Below, piece after piece: positions 17,838 through 29,900 of a stretch of 64,000 nt of DNA (positions are counted from its first letter, which is position 1; every line of letters starts with the position of its first letter). The stretch lies in the NCBI RefSeq assembly GCF_964204645.1, contig NW_027437451.1:1-64000 (forward strand), given 5' to 3'. This DNA is from Tubulanus polymorphus. Taxonomy: Eukaryota; Animalia; Nemertea. The notes beneath the pieces were generated by a model that was not told the DNA's origin, did not search any database, and was given only the letters and a program-made list of their open reading frames with translations. A program made the position numbers and the translations under genes.

Positions 17838-17951
17838 ACCGCCTCACTACAACAATTAACTCTCACTACTTTTTTACAGGGATAACCCGCTGCCCGTGCA
17901 CTAGTGGGGTCTCCAAACCTTCGGTTTGGTCCCCTAACCTCTATCTCTAAA

Positions 17952-17971
17952 CCTAACCCTAACCCTAACCC
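17952..17971 (+). repeat. Telomeric repeat tract at the PLE/satellite junction
   Basis: CCTAA(CCCTAA)2CCC; the last CCCTAACCC coincides with the satellite's own motif (CCCTAACCC-ATCATTTAAGAT). Confidence 0.95.
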
Positions 17972-20900
17972 ATCATTTAAGATAAAATTCATCATCTTTA
18001 GGACCATATTTTGCAAGAAAAATCTGTATCTTTCAGTCCATCTACTCGAAATCAGTTCAGTTTACCTTAACCTATCATTTCAGATCGAGTCCATCATCTT
18101 CAGGAGCATAAGTACCCAGAAAATTCAGAATCTTTCCACCTATCTATTTGAAATCAGTTCAATACGCCTTAACCCATCTTTTCAGATAGAATCCATCATC
18201 TTCAGAACCAAAAGCAGCCAGAAAATTCTGATTCTTTCCACCTATCTATTTGAAATCAGTTCAGTACACCCTAACCCATCAATTAAGATAGAATTCGTCA
18301 TCTTTAGGACCATATTTTGCAAGAAAAATCTGTATCTTTTAGTCCATCTACTCGAAATCAGTTCAGTTTACCTTAACCTATCATTTCAGATCGAGTCCAT
18401 CATCTTCAGGAGCATAAATAGCCAGAAAATTCTTAATCTTTCCACCTATCTATTTGAAATCAGTTCAATACGCCTTAACCCATCTTTTCAGATTGAGTCC
18501 ATCATCTTCAGAACCAAAGGCAGCAAGAAAATTCTGATTCTGTCAACCTATCTATTTGAAATCAGTTCAGTACACCCCAACCCATCGATTAAGATTGAAT
18601 TCATCATCTTTAGTACCCTATTTTGCAAGAAAAATCTGTATCTTTCAGTCCATCTACTCGAAATCAGTTCAGTTTACCCTTAACCTATCATTTCAGATCG
18701 AGTCCATCATCTTCAGGAGCATAAATAGCCAGAAAATTTTTAATCTCTCCACCTATCTATATGAAATCAGTTCAATACGCCTTAGCCCATCTTTTCAGAT
18801 TGAGTCCATCATCTTTAGAACCAAAGGCAGCCAGAAAATTCTGATTCTTTCCACCTATCTATTTGAAATCAGTTCAGTTCACCCTTACCCATCAATTAAG
18901 ATAGAATTCATCATCTTTAGGACCCTATTTTGCAAGAAAAATCTGTATCTTTCAGTCCATCTACTCGAAATCAGTTCAGTTTACCTTAACCTATCATTTC
19001 AGATCGAGTCCATCATCTTCAGAACCAAAAGCAGCCAGAAAATTCTGATTCTTTCAACCTATCTATTTGAAATCAGTTCAGTACACCCTAACCCAAAAAT
19101 TAAGATAGAATTCATCATCTTTAGGACCCTATTTTGCAAGAAAAATGTGTATCTTTCAGTCCATCTACTCGAAATCAGTTCAGTTTACCTTAACCTATCA
19201 TTTCAGATCGAGTCCATCATCTTCAAGCGCATAAATAGCCAGAAAATTCTTAATCTTTCCACCTATCTATTTGAAATCAGTTCAATACGCCTTAACCCAT
19301 CTTTTCAGATTCAGTCCATCATCTTCAGAACCAAAGGCAGCCAGAAAATTCTGATTCTTTCCACCTATCTATTTGAAATCAGTTCAGTTCACCCTAACCC
19401 ATCAATTAAGATAGAATTCGTCATCTTTAGGACCCTATTTTGCAAGAAAAATCTGTATCTTTCAGTCCATCTACTCGAAATCAGTTCAGTTTACCTTACC
19501 CTATCATTTCAGATCGAGTCCATTATCTTCAGGCGCATAAATAGCCAGAAAATTCTTAATCTTTCCACCTATCTATTTGAAATCAGTTCAATACGCCTTA
19601 ACCCATCTTTTCAGATTCAGTCCATCATCTTCAGAACCAAAGGCAGCCAGAAAATTCTGATTCTTTCCACCTATCTATTTGAAATCAGTTCAGTTCACCC
19701 TAACCCATCAATTAAGATAGAATTCGTCATCTTTAGGACCCTATTTTGCAAGAAAAATCTGTATCTTTCAGTCCATGTACTCGAAATCAGTTCAGTTTAC
19801 CTTACCCTATCATTTCAGATCGAGTCCATCATCTTCAGGAGCATAAATAGCCAGAAAATTCTTAATCTTTCCACCTATCTATTTGAAATCAGTTCAATAC
19901 GCCTTAACCCATCTTTTCAGATTGAGTCCATCATCTTCAGAACCAAAGGCAGCCAGAAAATTCTGATTCTTTCCACCTATCTATTTGAAATCAGTTTAGT
20001 TCACCCTAACCCATCAATTAAGATAGAATTCGTCATCTTTAGGACCCTATTTTGCAAGAAAAATCTGTATCTTTCAGTCCATCTACTCGAAATCAGTTCA
20101 GTTTACCTTACCCTATCATTTCAGATCGAGTCCATCATCTTCAGGAGCATAAATAGCCAGAAAATTCTTAATCTTTCCACCTATCTATTTGAAATCAGTT
20201 CAGTACACCCCAACCCATCGATTAAGATTGAATTCATCATCTTTAGTACCCTATTTTGCAAGAAAAATCTGTATCTTTCAGTCCATCTACTCGAAATCAG
20301 TTCAGTTTACCTTAACCTATCATTTCAGATCGAGTCCATCATCTTCAGGAGCATAAATAGCCAGAAAATTCTTAATCTTTCCTCCTATCTATTTGAAATC
20401 AGTTCAATACGCCTTAACCCATCTTTTCAGATTGAGTCCATCATCTTCAGAACCAAAGGCAGCCAGAAAATTCTGATTCTTTCAACCTATCTATTTGAAA
20501 TCAGTTCAGTACACCCTAACCCATCATTTAAGATAGAATTCGTCATCTTTAGGACCATATTTTGCAAGATAAATCTGTATCTTTCAGTCCATCTACTCGA
20601 AATCAGTTCAGTTTACCCTTAACCTATCATTTCAGATCGAGTCCATCATCTTCAGGAGCATAAATAGCCAGAAAATTTTTAATCTCTCCACCTATCTATA
20701 TGAAATCAGTTCAATACGCCTTAGCCCATCTTTTCAGATTGAGTCCATCATCTTTAGAACCAAAGGCAGCCAGAAAATTCTGATTCTTTCCACCTATCTA
20801 TTTGAAATCAGTTCAGTTCACCCTTACCCATCAATTAAGATAGAATTCATCATCTTTAGGACCCTATTTTGCAAGAAAAATCTGTATCTTTCAGTCCATC

Positions 20901-23900
20901 TACTCGAAATCAGTTCAGTTTACCTTAACCTATCATTTCAGATCGAGTCCATCATCTTCAGAACCAAAAGCAGCCAGAAAATTCTGATTCTTTCAACCTA
21001 TCTATTTGAAATCAGTTCAGTACACCCTAACCCAAAAATTAAGATAGAATTCATCATCTTTAGGACCCTATTTTGCAAGAAAAATGTGTATCTTTCAGTC
21101 CATCTACTCGAAATCAGTTCAGTTTACCTTAACCTATCATTTCAGATCGAGTCCATTATCTTCAGGCGCATAAATAGCCAGAAAATTCTTAATCTTTCCA
21201 CCTATCTATTTGAAATCAGTTCAATACGCCTTAACCCATCTTTTCAGATTCAGTCCATCATCTTCAGAACCAAAGGCAGCCAGAAAATTCTGATTCTTTC
21301 CACCTATCTATTTGAAATCAGTTCAGTTCACCCTAACCCATCAATTAAGATAGAATTCGTCATCTTTAGGACCATATTTTGCAAGAAAAATCTGTATCTT
21401 TCAGTCCATGTACTCGAAATCAGTTCAGTTTACCTTACCCTATCATTTCAGATCGAGTCCATCATCTTCAGGAGCATAAATAGCCAGAAAATTCTTAATC
21501 TTTCCACCTATCTATTTGAAATCAGTTCAATACGCCTTAACCCATCTTTTCAGATTGAGTCCATCATCTTCAGAACCAAAGGCAGCCAGAAAATTCTGAT
21601 TCTTTCCACCTATCTATTTGAAATCAGTTTAGTTCACCCTAACCCATCAATTAAGATAGAATTCGTCATCTTTAGGACCCTATTTTGCAAGAAAAATCTG
21701 TATCTTTCAGTCCATCTACTCGAAATCAGTTCAGTTTACCTTACCCTATCATTTCAGATCGAGTCCATCATCTTCAGGAGCATAAATAGCCAGAAAATTC
21801 TTAATCTTTCCACCTATCTATTTGAAATCAGTTCAGTACACCCCAACCCATCGATTAAGATTGAATTCATCATCTTTAGTACCCTATTTTGCAAGAAAAA
21901 TCTGTATCTTTCAGTCCATCTACTCGAAATCAGTTCAGTTTACCTTAACCTATCATTTCAGATCGAGTCCATCATCTTCAGGAGCATAAATAGCCAGAAA
22001 ATTCTTAATCTTTCCTCCTATCTATTTGAAATCAGTTCAATACGCCTTAACCCATCTTTTCAGATTGAGTCCATCATCTTCAGAACCAAAGGCAGCCAGA
22101 AAATTCTGATTCTTTCAACCTATCTATTTGAAATCAGTTCAGTACACCCTAACCCATCATTTAAGATAGAATTCGTCATCTTTAGGACCATATTTTGCAA
22201 GATAAATCTGTATCTTTCAGTCCATCTACTCGAAATCAGTTCAGTTTACCTTAACCTATCATTTCAGATCGAGTCCATCATCTTCAGGAGCATAAGTACC
22301 CAGAAAATTCAGAATCTTTCCACCTATCTATTTGAAATCAGTTCAATACGCCTTAACCCATCTTTTCAGATAGAATCCATCATCTTCAGAACCAAAAGCA
22401 GCCAGAAAATTCTGATTCTTTCCACCTATCTATTTGAAATCAGTTCAGTACACCCTAACCCATCAATTAAGATAGAATTCGTCATCTTTAGGACCATATT
22501 TTGCAAGAAAAATCTGTATCTTTTAGTCCATCTACTCGAAATCAGTTCAGTTTACCTTAACCTATCATTTCAGATCGAGTCCATCATCTTCAGGAGCATA
22601 AATAGCCAGAAAATTCTTAATCTTTCCACCTATCTATTTGAAATCAGTTCAATACGCCTTAACCCATCTTTTCAGATTGAGTCCATCATCTTCAGAACCA
22701 AAGGCAGCAAGAAAATTCTGATTCTGTCAACCTATCTATTTGAAATCAGTTCAGTACACCCCAACCCATCGATTAAGATTGAATTCATCATCTTTAGTAC
22801 CCTATTTTGCAAGAAAAATCTGTATCTTTCAGTCCATCTACTCGAAATCAGTTCAGTTTACCCTTAACCTATCATTTCAGATCGAGTCCATCATCTTCAG
22901 GAGCATAAATAGCCAGAAAATTCTTAATCTCTCCACCTATCTATTTGAAATCAGTTCAATACGCCTTAGCCCATCTTTTCAGATTGAGTCCATCATCTTT
23001 AGAACCAAAGGCAGCCAGAAAATTCTGATTCTTTCCACCTATCTATTTGAAATCAGTTCAGTTCACCCTTACCCATCAATTAAGATAGAATTCATCATCT
23101 TTAGGACCCTATTTTGCAAGAAAAATCTGTATCTTTCAGTCCATCTACTCGAAATCAGTTCAGTTTACCTTAACCTATCATTTCAGATCGAGTCCATCAT
23201 CTTCAGAACCAAAAGCAGCCAGAAAATTCTGATTCTTTCAACCTATCTATTTGAAATCAGTTCAGTACACCCTAACCCAAAAATTAAGATAGAATTCATC
23301 ATCTTTAGGACCCTATTTTGCAAGAAAAATTTGTATCTTTCAGTCCATCTACTCGAAATCAGTTCAGTTTACCTTAACCTATCATTTCAGATCGAGTCCA
23401 TCATCTTCAGGCGCATAAATAGCCAGAAAATTCTTAATCTTTCCACCTATCTATTTGAAATCAGTTCAATACGCCTTAACCCATCTTTTCAGATTCAGTC
23501 CATCATCTTCAGAACCAAAGGCAGCCAGAAAATTCTGATTCTTTCCACCTATCTATTTGAAATCAGTTCAGTTCACCCTAACCCATCAATTAAGATAGAA
23601 TTCGTCATCTTTAGGACCCTATTTTGCAAGAAAAATCTGTATCTTTCAGTCCATCTACTCGAAATCAGTTCAGTTTACCTTACCCTATCATTTCAGATCG
23701 AGTCCATCATCTTCAGGAGCATAAATAGCCAGAAAATTCTTAATCTTTCCACCTATCTATTTGAAATCAGTTCAATACGCCTTAACCCATCTTTTCAGAT
23801 TGAGTCCATCATCTTCAGAACCAAAGGCAGCCAGAAAATTCTGATTTTTTCCACCTATCTATTTGAAATCAGTTCAGTTCACCCTAACCCATCAATTAAG

Positions 23901-26900
23901 ATAGAATTCGTCATCTTTAGAACCCTATTTTGCAAGAAAAATCTGTATCTTTCAGTCCATCTACTCGAAATCAGTTCAGTTTTCCTTACCCTATCATTTC
24001 AGATCGAGTCCATCATCTTCAGGAGCATAAATAGCCAGAAAATTCTTAATCTTTCCACCTATCTATTTGAAATCAGTTCAATACGCCTCAACACATCTTT
24101 TCAGATTGAATCCATCATCTTCAGAACCAAAAGCAGCCAGAAAATTCTGATTCTTTCAACCTATCTATTTGAAATCAGTTCAATTCGCCTAAACGCATCA
24201 TTTCAGATTGAATCAATCAACTTCAGTAGTATAATTAGTCAGAAAATTCTGAATCTTTCAACCAATCTATTAAAAATCAGTTCAGTACACCCTAACCCAT
24301 CAATTAAGATAGAATTCATCATTTTTAGGACCTAATTAATCAAGAAAAATCTGTTTCTTTCATCCCATCTACTCGAAATCAGTTCAGTTTACCTTAACCT
24401 ATCATTTCAGATCGAGTCCATCATCTTCAGGAGCATAAATAGCCAAAAAATTCTTAATCTTTCCACCTATCTATTTGAAATCAGTTCAATACGCCTTAAC
24501 CCATCTTTTCAGATTGAATCAATCAACTTCAGAAGTATAAGTAGTCAGAAAATTCTGAATCTTTCAACCAATCTATTGAAAATCAGTTCAGTACACCCTA
24601 ACCCAACAATTAAGATAGAATTCATCATCTTTAGGACCCTATTTTGCAAGAAAAATCTGTATCTTTTAGTCCATCTACTCGAAATCAGTTCAGTTTACCT
24701 TAACCTATCATTTCAGATCGAGTCCATCATCTGCAGGAGCATAAATAGCCAGAAAATTCTTAATCTTTCCTCCTATCTATTTGAAATCAGTTCAATACGC
24801 CTTAACCCATCTTTTCAGATTGAGTCCATCATCTTCAGAACTAAAGGCAGCAAGAAAATTCTGATTCTTTCAACCTATCTATTTGAAATCAGTTCAGTAC
24901 ACCCTAACCCATCAATTAAGATAGAATTCATCATCTTTAGGACCATATTTTGCAAGAAAAATCTGTATCTTTCAGTCCATCTACTCGAAATCAGTTCAGT
25001 TTACCTTAACCTATCATTTCAGATCGAGTCCATCATCTTCAGGAGCATAAATAGCCAGAAAATTCTTAATCTTTCCTCCTATCTATTTGAAATCAGTTCA
25101 ATACGCCTTAACCCATCTTTTCAGATTGAGTCCATCATCTTCAGAACCAAAGGCAGCCAGAAAATTCTGATTCTTTCAACCTATCTATTTGAAATCAGTT
25201 CAGTACACCCTAACCCATCATTTAAGATAGAATTCATCATCTTTAGGACCCTATTTTGCAAGAAAAATCTGTATCTTTCAGTCCATCTACTCGAAATCAG
25301 TTCAGTTTACCTTAACCTATCATTTCAGATCGAGTCCATCATCTTCAGGAGCATAAGTACCCAGAAAATTCAGAATCTTTCCACCTATCTATTTGAAATC
25401 AGTTCAATACGCCTTAACCCATCTTTTCAGATAGAATCCATCATCTTCAGAACCAAAAGCAGCCAGAAAATTCTGATTCTTTCCACCTATCTATTTGAAA
25501 TCAGTTCAGTACACCCTAACCCATCAATTAAGATAGAATTCGTCATCTTTAGGACCATATTTTGCAAGAAAAATCTGTATCTTTTAGTCCATCTACTCGA
25601 AATCAGTTCAGTTTACCTTAACCTATCATTTCAGATCGAGTCCATCATCTTCAGGAGCATAAATAGCCAGAAAATTCTTAATCTTTCCACCTATCTATTT
25701 GAAATCAGTTCAATACGCCTTAACCCATCTTTTCAGATTGAGTCCATCCTCTTCAGAACCAAAGGGCCAGAAAATTCTGATTCTTTCAACCTATCTATTT
25801 GAAATCAGTTCAGTACACCCTAACCCATCAATTAAGATAGAATTCGTCATCTTTAGGACCCTATTTTGCAAGAAAAATCTGTATCTTTCAGTCCATCTAC
25901 TCGAAATCAGTTCAGTTTACCTTACCCTATCATTTCAGATCGAGTCCATCATCTTCAGGAGCATAAATAGCCAGAAAATTCTTAATCTTTCCACCTATCT
26001 ATTTGAAATCAGTTCAATACGCCTTAACACATCTTTTCAGATTGAATCCATCATCTTCAGAACCAAAAGCAGCCAGAAAATTCTGATTCTTTCAACCTAT
26101 CTATTTGAAATCAGTTCAATTCGCCTAAACGCATCATTTCAGATTGAATCAATCAACTTCAGTAGTATAATTAGTCAGAAAATTCTGAATCTTTCAACCA
26201 ATCTATTAAAAATCAGTTCAGTACACCCTAACCCATCAATTAAGATAGAATTCATCATTTTTAGGACCTAATTAATCAAGAAAAATCTGTTTCTTTCATC
26301 CCATCTACTCGAAATCAGTTCAGTTTACCTTAACCTATCATTTCAGATCGAGTCCATCATCTTCAGGAGCATAAATAGCCAAAAAATTCTTAATCTTTCC
26401 ACCTATCTATTTGAAATCAGTTCAATACGCCTTAACCCATCTTTTCAGATTGAATCAATCAACTTCAGAAGTATAAGTAGTCAGAAAATTCTGAATCTTT
26501 CAACCAATCTATTGAAAATCAGTTCAGTACACCCTAACCCAACAATTAAGATAGAATTCATCATCTTTAGGACCCTATTTTGCAAGAAAAATCTGTATCT
26601 TTTAGTCCATCTACTCGAAATCAGTTCAGTTTACCTTAACCTATCATTTCAGATCGAGTCCATCATCTTCAGGAGCATAAATAGCCAGAAAATTCTTAAT
26701 CTTTCCACCTATCTATTTGAAATCAGTTCAATACGCCTTAACCCATCTTTTCAGATTGAGTCCATCATCTTCAGAACAAAGGGCAGCCAGAAAATTCTGA
26801 TTCTTTCAACCTATCTATTGAAAATCAGTTCAGTACACCCTAACCCATCAATTAAGATAGAATTCATCATCTTTAGGACCCTATTATGCAAGAAAAATCT

Positions 26901-29900
26901 GTATCTTTCAGTCCATCTACTGGAAATCAGTTCAGTTTACCTTAACCTATCATTTCAGATCGAGTCCATCATCTTCAGGAGCATAAGTACCCAGAAAATT
27001 CAGAATCTTTCCACCTATCTATTTGAAATCAGTTCAATACGCCTTAACCCATCTTTTCAGATTGAGTCCATCATCTTCAGAACCAAAGGCAGCAAAAAAA
27101 TTCTGATTCTGTCAACCTATCTATTTGAAATCAGTTCAGTACACCCTAACCCATCAATTAAGATAGAATTCATCATCTTTAGGACCCTATTTTGCAAGAA
27201 AAATCTGTATCTTTCAGTCCATCTACTCGAAATCAGTTCAGTTTACCTTAACCTATCATTTCAGATCGAGTCCATCATCTTCAGGAGCATAAGTACCCAG
27301 AAAATTCAGAATCTTTCCACCTATCTATTTGAAATCAGTTCAATACGCCTTAACCCATCTTTTCAGATAGAATCCATCATCTTCAGAACCAAAAGCAGCC
27401 AGAAAATTCTGATTCTTTCCACCTATCTATTTGAAATCAGTTCAGTACACCCCAACCCATCGATTAAGATAGAATTCGTCATCTTTAGGACCCTATTTTG
27501 CAAGAAAAATCTGTATCTTTTAGTCCATCTACTCGAAATCAGTTCAGTTTACCTTAACCTATCATTTCAGATCGAGTCCATCATCTTCAGGAGCATAAAT
27601 AGCCAGAAAATTCTTAATCTTTCCACCTATCTATTTGAAATCAGTTCAATACGCCTTAACCCATCTTTTCAGATTGAGTCCATCATCTTCAGAGCCAAAG
27701 GCAGCCAGAAAATTCTGATTCTTTCAACCTATCTATTTGAAATCAGTTTAGTACACCCTAACCCATCATTTAAGATAGAATTCATCATCTTTAGGACCAT
27801 ATTTTGCAAGAAAAATCTGTATCTTTCAGTCCATCTACTCGAAATCAGTTCAGTTTACCTTAACCTATCATTTCAGATCGAGTCTATTTGAAATCAGTTC
27901 AATACGCCTTAACCCATTTTTTCAGATTGAGTCCCTCATCTTCAGAACCAAAGGCAGCAAGAAAATTCTGATTCTTTCAACCTATCTATTTGAAATCAGT
28001 TCAGTTCACCCTAACCCATCAATTAAGATAGAATTCATCATCTTTAGGACCCTATTTTGCAAGAAAAATCTGTATCTTTCAGTCCATCTACTCGAAATCA
28101 GTTCAGTTTACCTTAACCTATCATTTCAGATCGAGTCCATCATCTTCAGGAGCATAAATAGCCAGAAAATTCTTAATCTTTCCACCTATCTATTTGAAAT
28201 CAGTTCAATACGCCTTAACCCATCTTTTCAGATTGAGTCCATCATCTTCAGAACAAAGGGCATCCAGAAAATTCTGATTCTTTCAACCTAGCTATTGAAA
28301 ATCAGTTCAGTACACCCTAACCCATCAATTAAGATAGAATTCGTCATCTTTAGGACCCTATTTTGCAAGAAAAATCTGTATCTTTCAGTCCATCTACTCG
28401 AAATCAGTTCAGTTTACCTTACCCTATCATTTCAGATCGAGTCCATCATCTTCAGGAGCATAAATAGCCAGAAAATTCTTAATCTTTCCACCTATCTATT
28501 TGAAATCAGTTCAATACGCCTTAACCCATCTTTTCAGATTGAGTCCATCATCTTCAGAACCAAAGGCAGCCAGAAAATTCTGATTTTTTCCACCTATCTA
28601 TTTGAAATCAGTTCAGTTCACCCTTACCCATCAATTAAGATAGAATTCGTCATCTTTAGGACCCTATTTTGCAAGAAAAATCTGTATCTTTTAGTCCATC
28701 TACTCGAAATCAGTTCAGTTTACCTTAACCTATCATTTCAGATCGAGTCCATCATCTTCAGGAGCATAAATAGCCAGAAAATTCTTAATCTTTCCACCTA
28801 TCTATTTGAAATCAGTTCAATACGCCTTAACACATCTTTTCAGATTGAATCCATCATCTTCAGAACCAAAAGCAGCCAGAAAATTCTGATTCTTTCAACC
28901 TATCTATTTGAAATCAGTTCAATTCGCCTAAACGCATCATTTCAGATTGAATCAATCAACTTCAGTAGTATAATTAGTCAGAAAATTCTGAATCTTTCAA
29001 CCAATCTATTAAAAATCAGTTCAGTACACCCTAACCCATCAATTAAGATAGAATTCATCATTTTTAGGACCTAATTAATCAAGAAAAATCTGTTTCTTTC
29101 ATCCCATCTACTCGAAATCAGTTCAGTTTACCTTAACCTATCATTTCAGATCGAGTCCATCATCTTCAGGAGCATAAATAGCCAAAAAATTCTTAATCTT
29201 TCCACCTATCTATTTGAAATCAGTTCAATACGCCTTAACCCATCTTTTCAGATTGAATCAATCAACTTCAGAAGTATAAGTAGTCAGAAAATTCTGAATC
29301 TTTCAACCAATCTATTGAAAATCAGTTCAGTACACCCTAACCCAACAATTAAGATAGAATTCATCATCTTTAGGACCCTATTTTGCAAGAAAAATCTGTA
29401 TCTTTTAGTCCATCTACTCGAAATCAGTTCAGTTTACCTTAACCTATCATTTCAGATCGAGTCCATCATCTTCAGGAGCATAAATAGCCAGAAAATTCTT
29501 AATCTTTCCACCTATCTATTTGAAATCAGTTCAATACGCCTTAACCCATCTTTTCAGATTGAGTCCATCATCTTCAGAACAAAGGGCAGCCAGAAAATTC
29601 TGATTCTTTCAACCTATCTATTGAAAATCAGTTCAGTACACCCTAACCCATCAATTAAGATAGAATTCATCATCTTTAGGACCCTATTATGCAAGAAAAA
29701 TCTGTATCTTTCAGTCCATCTACTCGAAATCAGTTCAGTTTACCTTAACCTATCATTTCAGATCGAGTCCATCATCTTCAGGAGCATAAGTACCCAGAAA
29801 ATTCAGAATCTTTCCACCTATCTATTTGAAATCAGTTCAATACGCCTTAACCCATCTTTTCAGATTGAGTCCATCATCTTCAGAACCAAAGGCAGCAAAA

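Larger units (their letters stand above)
12894..17951 (+). mobile_element. Penelope-like retroelement copy 4 (full unit, slightly diverged, innermost)
   Basis: Same GGATTAAAG start; 3 bp shorter (one Pro codon); roughly a dozen substitutions versus copies 2-3. Confidence 0.95.

Noticed and set aside
122-17950. Short overlapping or antisense ORFs inside the PLE (e.g. 625-927, 1383-1835, 1582-1959, 2498-2692, 3456-4031, 4061-4462)
   Set aside because: Shadow frames of GC-rich coding sequence or chance ORFs with no motifs; they recur only because the unit is repeated.
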